From Epiperipatus broadwayi (Eukaryota; Animalia; Onychophora): a stretch of DNA of 64,000 bases. The DNA is taken from contig JAQFVV010000005.1 of the NCBI GenBank assembly GCA_028023455.1, positions 17,236,001-17,300,000 of the forward strand, read 5' to 3'. Below are positions 55,781-64,000 of the stretch, one piece after another. The notes under the pieces are model-generated. The model had not been told where the DNA came from and searched no databases. It saw only the letters and a list, made by a program, of their open reading frames with translations. The position numbers and the translations under genes were made by a program. The number at the start of each line of letters is the position of its first letter. Positions within the stretch are counted from its first letter, which is position 1.

Positions 55781-58495
55781 AAACAATCAAAGATAAGATG
55801 GTTATTCTTTTACAAGAGCAGATTAAAAAGCATGTTAAATCTATTTGATACATTGCAATTTGTAGAAAGTATACGAAAAACTAAACAATTTTTAATTTGG
55901 TTTTTAAGAAAATAACAAGCAACAAGCTTAATGAGAATAAGAGAGATTTTGCATCAATTTATTTGTACAGGACTAAAGATGCAGATAGAAGAATATTACT
56001 ATTAAATCAAATAATCAAATTCTTAATTTGGAAACATGACTTAATGACAGCTATAATAATTTAGATAGTTACTTTCTTCCACTTATTGTTTATATTTAAA
56101 TATCTGAAAATAATTTTATTCACTTTCATATATTTTATTATATATATATATTAAGCAATTTAACAGTTTTCAAAAATATAAAACAAAACATTGGAATTAA
56201 AAAGACAATTTTCAATATACAAATAAATAATAGCTTTAGTTACTTTATAACATGGCTGCCATTTTGTGTAGCAAATTCTGTCATTCCGATAGCTAACTAT
56301 AATTATAATTTATTTATATACTGAAAATTGCATAATTAATTGTAATGTGTTTTGTTATATATTATTTTGCCTGATATATAATATATTGAAATTAGCAGAA
56401 CTTAATGTACATATATTACCGTTAAATTTATTGTTTTTATTATGATTACAATTTTGTTTTAATTAACGGACATTTTATTTATATTATATATTAAGATGAA
56501 TAATTTTCTCTCAGATTATGAATGTATATTAACAATGTCATGAATAGAATAGATCTGTTTATTTTTTTTTAAGCTCACCTTTGTCGACACTCATGAAAAT
56601 TCAAAGTGAAATCAATATATCAGCCCTATGAAAATACAGTGGAGCTGAGATATCCACTATACTTTCTTCAGAGCCACTCATGTTTTGTTAATGTATTGTT
56701 TATTGAATTGTAAGTACACAGTAGTTTTCAACATGCATATATATATATATAACAGATATGCTTTTTAAAGTATAAAAGTATGCATACATAAATTTAAGAT
56801 TACAGAATAAATAAAATTTTAAAATGATAATAAATAATATAGTTATTAACAATAAACTGATGTTACTGAGTATGTGTTCTCTCAGTCATTCAATGAAAAA
56901 ATAAGAAAAAAACTTACTACGTCATATTTTTTAAATAAAATGATGTCTGACTTTCATTGCAATTAAATATGTTCTAAGAATATTCTTTTTTTCCTCTTAT
57001 AAAGGTAATAGTAGTCTTATTACCAAAAAACTTTGATGTTTTTAAGTCAGTATCAACTTTAAATATGTTCTATGTTGTAAAATTAGATGTTTTATTATGC
57101 AAAATACTGCACATCAAATTTGGAAAGGCTAATAAAAAAAGAATAAAATGTATATGCTCTCAACATAGTTTGAAGAAATTTTATAAGAAAACATGATTGT
57201 TCATCCCACTCTAAGATGAAAAAATAGTTGCTGATGTATTACAAAAATTATTTTCAAATTTTATTTTTTTTTTAAAAATGTGACCACATTCAGTGCTGTC
57301 AAATAAAAAAATGGTTGTTCAGGGAATCAAAAAATTCATTAAATTTATGAATTTAATGGTTTTTTTTAAATGTTTACTAAAAATATTTGTTTGTTTGTTT
57401 ATATTTTTTTTGGATAGTATATAACTGATATCATATATATTGATACAGCATAGTTAGCAGTTTCACTAAATGTCATTAATAATTATTAAACTAATAATCA
57501 ACTGTAGAATTCCTGATTCTTTGTTAACATACATATTATTATTTATTTATTCAAAGTCTGAAAGAGAGTAGTTTAGTTCTCTTAATTACAAATATTATAA
57601 AGATAAAGTATAGTTTATCTATTTTAAATAGTTATCATCAATCCATTCCACAAAGTGTGTATTGATAAAGTGATAATTTTGGAATAAACTGAAAATTATT
57701 ATTTAAAATAGTCAAAACATATATTTATGATAAATAAATAAATAATATCTAAATAAGTTATTTTACAACAAATACAATTTCTATATAAAAAAAAACTTCT
57801 TTTGATAACATTTTGTTATCATCCTTAGCTTGAATGTTAATAAATACACATTATATCTGCTGCTGAATAACTTATTAAGTGTTATTATTTATATGCTAAA
57901 CAACAACATAATGAATTGTACAATTACTGCTACTGTATGATAACTTTATGAACAAATGGAGCAAATTGTGGTTTTATATAGAAAGTTATATTATATATCT
58001 AATATAAATGGCCAATATTAATTTTAGCTATAAGTATAATGTAAAACCATAATTTCTAATTTCATATATACATGTTAAAGCTAATTATAACAAGTAATTA
58101 AAACTATTGCTATAATTAATTCTACATCTACTTAAAAAGTTTTGAGCTAAAAATAGCTGTATTCAATGTTGCTAAATAAATATATAGATATATATATGAA
58201 TTTGTTTGTTAAGTACTGTTATTATACAACATAAAAAAGAAAAGAAAAAAAGAGACAGTAAAAAAAGATAAAATACAAACCAAACAAGAAAATGAAAAAT
58301 GGTGTTTTATGTCACAAAGAAAGTGAAATTTAATGATATGAGAGAATGTGGTTAAAAAAAAGATTATCATGTTTTGAATTATATATAAAAATGAAAAACA
58401 AACAAACAAAAAATTAAATGAAATGGTGATCATGCAAAATAAAACGATGAAAAAAGTAATGTTGTGCTTAGCAATGCTGGTGAGGCAAGGAATAC

Positions 58496-58606
58496 CTTTC
58501 GCTGGATGGACCCGAGTAATCCCATGGCTCCAGACCACACGGGAGATGAAGAGATGTTATCTACTGATGATTTGACAACACTATCATACAGGCGACCAAT
58601 TGGGGA
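58496..58606 (-). CDS. Rbp: RIM-binding protein symmetric (candidate cassette) exon SPIGRLYDSVVKSSVDNISSSPVWSGAMGLLGSIQRK
   Basis: Long pyrimidine tract (ttgtccctgttcctttcttctgcag|TCC), AAG|gtattc donor, 111 nt, phase 0-0, open and in frame with both neighbours. No recognisable domain, so the assignment rests on splice signals and phase. Confidence 0.6.
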
Positions 58607-61600
58607 CTGCAGAAGAAAGGAACAGGGACAATATGAACCAATCAACAAAGAAAAAGAAAATAAGTTCTCAAAAGGAAACTTCTGCCCCTAATTTTCACTG
58701 GTGCCAAAATAATAAAATTTAGTTCTACTTCTCAAATACATATTACAGATTCATCATGCGAATAATTTTGAAAATAAAAATAATAAAACAATATTTTTTC
58801 CCGCAAAGTGGCAATCAAATACAAAATAAAAATATATATTACTAAAGGCAAACGGATATAAGCAGCGAAATGTTTATAAGGCAATTTTTATAAAAAAAAT
58901 ATATATATAAAAATCTAAGATACAAAAATAATTGTGAGTTAAAAAAAAAACGAAATTAATAAAAAAATGATAAGGATGAAAACAAAATTTGAAGAATATA
59001 TATTAAAACAAATTGTAAATATTGAAAAATTCTAATTTCTAATTTGGGGGGCAAAAATGCATTTAATTTCCAAGAAACAAAACGTATTTTGTAAAATAAT
59101 CAAATATTATTTTGATTGTTGACAAAGACATTAAATTAAGAAACATAGAAAAGAATGTAAACAGAAAAAAATATATTGGCTGATTAGTTTTTGTATAAAG
59201 TTTAAACAAAAAACAAAAACAACTGGATTATGCATATAAATTATAAAATTTAATCATTCACCAAATAAAACTTTAAGACCAACCCATAAAAAATTTACAC
59301 ATGTGTAACATACATGATTTTAATATGGTCTAGAATGTTCATATTTGCATACAGAAAATAATTTTTATTTTCTCTACTCTAGTACCATCTACTGAAGCTT
59401 AAATAGTAAATGGTTACCAGATGAAAATGCAATTTATTAATCCTCATCTCCACATTGGTTTCTGACTTCTGTCTTTATCAATGGACTTGGGACTCAAAGT
59501 TGGAAACAATTCAGATATATATATTTGGCAACCATCTTAAGTCCTTCTTTACTACCAAGCTAAATAGCTAAAAATCAAATAACGACTGGACATCAAAATA
59601 AAAGTTCTTTTTAATTAATCAAACTGAGTTTTTTTATATGTTTTACTCAATTCAGGAACCTTTCTCTCAAGAATCCTCCACTTTAGCATTGACGTCATAC
59701 AAAACGATGTTAGGAATACATTTTTTGATACAGCTACTTTTGCTGAAGAGATGCTGTTTACATTTTTATGTTAATGATTTTAAAAATAGATTTGTCATTT
59801 TATATTACATATAACACAATTTATTACTTTCATTCTTTTAGAAATATATTTAAATTAAAAGAATTTTAAACTAATATGAAATATAAATCATGTTATAAAA
59901 TGATAAATTTATTGTAAAATCCACTGATTAGATCATTGTAGCTATCACAACACAAGATATACAGGATCAATTTTGCCAAACTCTAAACATCATTAACCAC
60001 AATCAGGACGGGCTTGCATCTTATTTAAATGAAGTAGATTTTATTTCATTGTTTTAAAACATGAATGAAAAAATGCACACAATAGATAAAAACTATAATT
60101 GATATCACTTTTTTTAATAAACATTACTGAATTTTTCATATATATTCAATATTATTAAAACTTTCCCTAATATTATATATTATGCTGTCTCTATTATATG
60201 TAATTATTTGTATGCATATCAACACACACACACGAGATTTAAGACAAAATAATGGTAATACCTGCAATATATTTATTAATATTATCTAGCAGTCTCTAGT
60301 TATCCATAAATTGTTTGAATTCTAATGGAATGAGCCTACATACATAATATCTGAATAGTATCTACACTAGAGAGAATATTAAGTCAATCATTACAATGAA
60401 AAGTCCTAATCTGAGAGATTTAAATGAGGGCAATAATTTTTCAATCACAGTTCAAGAATGATTGGGGAAGTCATGGCAATGGGTATAATGATTTTTTTTT
60501 TTTTTGCTCTTTAAAGTAATATTGCGTTGACGTGAACTCATGAATTAAGAATGATTTGTCTTGGAAAATGAAGGGGTTGCTTAAAAAGTATTTGCACCAC
60601 AAAAATGAGACTGGCTTTTCTAAATGTTCAAATACACTACAGCCATGATGCATCCATAAGTAATGATTTGATAAAAAAAAAAAATCAGGTGTTCGCAAAA
60701 ATTTTGAAAATTCCCATCATTACATCTTAGTCAGAAAATAAACTTTTCCAGTAACCGAGAAATACAAACAATAATTTTCTTAATTATTTAACACATTCCT
60801 GATATCCCACAGCCAGTGCTTAGTTCATGACATCACCACTATCATGTCATACAGCTTACATCAGAAAGACAAATTGATCATAAATGTTCTGCTTGAAAAG
60901 CTATACTGAACTGTTTTGGTGGAAACTCAAGTAGTAATATTTATTTAACCAATGCTGTGACTGATGTATTACCATTATATATATTTTGGTTACAATCCAT
61001 TATATTGATTTTTCTTGGCAGTATGCAGTAATTTTTAATCATAGTTCTAATGGACTTTGTTTTTCAAATTTTGGGTATCTCTTGAGATGATTGATCTTGA
61101 TCCAATCATATTGGATACTGATGCATTAGCAAAATGAGAATCAGCATTTCTTACATAGCAGTATGACAGATACACCAATCGTTTTGTATTTGCTGTATAT
61201 TTCAGTATAAAATGTATATCACCCAAAAGACACAAAAATTCTTAAAAAATCCATTGTGTAGTCTATATCTTAGGCTAAATAAAGCATGACAGTATATAGT
61301 TCTGAAAATTCTGAATGTAATAATAGCTGAATATATATAAATGAAATGTATTTAGCAAACAAGATTTTTACAAAGATATCAGAAGATACAAAAGTGGTGC
61401 AGTCAATTGGAATATTCAATACCATAAATTACATCCATAACCTCCAAATCACTTTTGATGTTATTCCTAAAATTATCAAATATATTCTCTTGATTATATT
61501 TATGACAACAGACATCATTTGAAGTTTATATAGGAGCAATTTATTAACTGATCCTACAATTTTCTTTTGTCCATTTTTGCTATTAAACCGAACCTGTTTT

Positions 61601-62589
61601 ATCTCTAAATTTCCTAGAAACTCAACCTATATGTATAGCTGATACGTTGGCTGCTTAAAAAATAATTAAATTCACAAAACATTATTTTTTTTAGTTTCAT
61701 TTCAGTTCCGAATCTTTATATATCAGTAACATTTATTCTTTTCCACTTCCAGTTTTGCCATTCCTATTATTAATCAATAAAATTATATCAGTGTTTAGAA
61801 TTCTGTCAAATTTCCATCTGCATCTGATCACAAAATTGCAATTTTTTTCTTTATTTGTGTGACTTGCCGGGCATATATATGAATTATACTAATGCTGAAT
61901 GTGTTCATGAAAGTGAATCAATATTAATCAATTACTCACAGAACCATATCCAATGATAGCTACTGTAATATTACTACTAACATTGAAAGCCACCATTTCT
62001 TCTTTACTGCTTATGACCTGAGTAATGGTATGTACGTTCAATTGGTCTAAATTTTCCTAGGCCATCTTACTAATTCCTAAGATGTCAATATATAAAAGAT
62101 CCATACCTGCATTAATCTGGAAATTAATATATTATTCTTTTTCTTTTATATAATATAAATGAGTTTATCTTGATATGCAATTCTTTCGACTGTTATAATT
62201 TTTATATACATATGTATAATATCAGTACAATGTCCTAAAAATAGTTGCAATACATGAGAAATGTATTTTAGCACTTTCTAAGGCAAATTTACAATTTAAT
62301 ATCACTAACCATTATTTAATGCAAAATAAGCAGATTAATATTTCATTATACTTCTGCTATAGTATAACTTTATAGGGTATATTAGAGGTTTAAACACTAA
62401 TCCTCCATGTCAGAAAAGTAGCCTGAAATCAGATATAAAAAGCTTTATGCAGCTACAATTTTATAATGGATTTAAATTCAGCATTAGTATTAAACATTTT
62501 AAATCATGCATGATGAGGCTCAGTTGTAGCTGAAACATATGTATTCATAGATATCAGTCTGCTTTTTTACATAAGATAATGTTTGCTCT

Positions 62590-62700
62590 GCATGATTTGG
62601 TGCAGTGGGAGAATGGCAGAATCTGAAACTCCATGATTTGCAACTGTCATTTTCATTATTCAAACTTATGAACTTCCAAGTAATAATCATTTTATTTTAT
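62590..62700 (+). mobile_element. Degenerate tRNA-derived SINE-like repeat
   Basis: tggtgcagtgggagaatggcaga...cttatgaacttccaagt. Confidence 0.35.
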
Positions 62701-63686
62701 TTTATTTGTAAATCTAAATGATGATTAACAATCAAGTTTAAATTTGAGTTTGAAAGTACTAAAATAAGTTTTTGAATTATAGATACATATACATGAATCT
62801 TAAAAAAAAACATATTCACAAATCTACATCTTAAAACACATCTATAAAAGCATAATGAATTTTATATAAATAAAATTAATTAAATAGATAATTAATTAAT
62901 AAAAGGTAAGTGAAGAAATAAAAAACATTTAAGACAGATATAGTTGTTAGCTAAAGTCTACTCATGAACATATGGTATGTATACACACACGCACTCAATC
63001 TACTTGTGCATGTATATGTTCAATAAAATAAATTCAGAGTAAACAGGAGTTCTTACCCTTGGCTGCAGGCAGATAAAAAAATGTTATTCTAAATATTCTC
63101 CAAGATAATACCTTAGTTAATTGTAATAACATTTCATTACTATTAGTGAATGAAAAATTATTGTATTTCAACTGATTTTTAACTTCAAAAAAACAACAAC
63201 AACATCAACAAAAACTGTTCTATTCATAATGTAACAGCTTCGTTGAAACACAATACTTAAAAGATTTCAAGCAAAAAAATATTTAAAATCTAACACACAA
63301 TTTCACAGATTCAGTTTAAAAATGAACAAAATTTAAAGACAAACTTTTCTACAATTGTTAAATTGTATTAGTAATAAAAATAATATAAAAGAACAATTTT
63401 AGTTAATAATCTTATATATAAGAATAAAGTTATCTTTCTGTTATCTTAACATTATAGATAGAGATCATCTTTCTCCACTCATTATGGTAAAGGACAAATG
63501 CATCTGGAATATTGAAGCAGCTTCAATTTTTCACGTTATGTTATTAATACAATGCAGTGTTAGTCTTGACATTCTTATTAATTCATATATGCTGTGATTT
63601 TGTAACTGCATTCACACATATATGTATGCAAAAAGGTATACATATATACGTATGTATATATGCATATACAACTAAATTAATCTCAC

Positions 63687-63869
63687 CTTCTCCATCACAG
63701 GTACAGGTGTAACTACAGGTGTCCTCTCAGGATCCGCTGACTTGCCAACAAAGTTCTCCGCATTCTCCGAGACTTCCTCCTCTGCCTCCTCTGCGATGTC
63801 GGATAACTCTGACCGATCACTGCTATCGGTCTGGTAATCTGGACGAAAGTTGGACCGACCGTCTGGTTT
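63687..63869 (-). CDS. Rbp: RIM-binding protein exon (first in window); acidic segment, 61 codons KPDGRSNF...DSSDRSELSDIAEEAEEE...PVMEK
   Basis: Minus strand ttttactgtag|AAA acceptor and AAG|gtgaga donor; 183 nt, phase 0-0, open frame. SELSDIxEEE resembles the acidic motif between the FN3 and C-terminal SH3 domains of RIM-BP. Confidence 0.8.
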
Positions 63870-64000
63870 CTACAGTAAAATATACACAACGGATATTAAA
63901 GTTATGTTTGAAAAAGTCAAAAATACTGTCTAAAGCTGATGAAACTATATGAAACAGCTTCAAAGGAGCAGCTTTAGGCAGTGAGGAGGAAGTCGTCAGA

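Noticed and set aside
58464-58691. Plus-strand 75-aa ORF (MLSNAGEARNTF...) that looks like a nested gene
   Set aside because: It is the antisense shadow of the minus-strand exon 58496-58606, which has good splice signals and phase fit; no convincing plus-strand splice context or domain.
42270-62200. Further very old LINE-like patches (about 42270-42800, 47700-48400, 59400-59750, 61200-62200; also about 2460-2760 and 3330-3520)
   Set aside because: Composition suggests decayed retroelements but no motif was clear enough to assign family or boundaries.

Overview
AT-rich animal DNA, probably arthropod (inferred from composition and repeat content). The window lies inside one large minus-strand gene. 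Six exons with GT-AG boundaries and matching phases (63869-63687, 58606-58496, 47025-46647, 32511-32171, 21499-21319, 8142-8030) encode the C-terminal half of a RIMS-binding protein (RIM-BP/Rbp): the acidic SELSDI segment, SH3 #2 and the start of SH3 #3. Both gene ends are outside the window. The introns hold a nearly intact APE-RT-CCHC LINE, an RTE LINE interrupted by a solo-LTR-like insertion, a TA-flanked MITE, gag and Tx1-like remnants and degenerate SINE-like repeats. The most notable signal is two unrelated families of roughly 365-475 bp tandem repeats that carry minimal type I hammerhead ribozyme motifs (nine motif copies in total). Family 1 shows compensatory stem I changes, and three of the arrays have an inverted partial copy at their 5' end. 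This is the architecture of non-autonomous retrozyme or Penelope pseudo-LTR-like elements. All structures were read by eye; no search or folding program was run.
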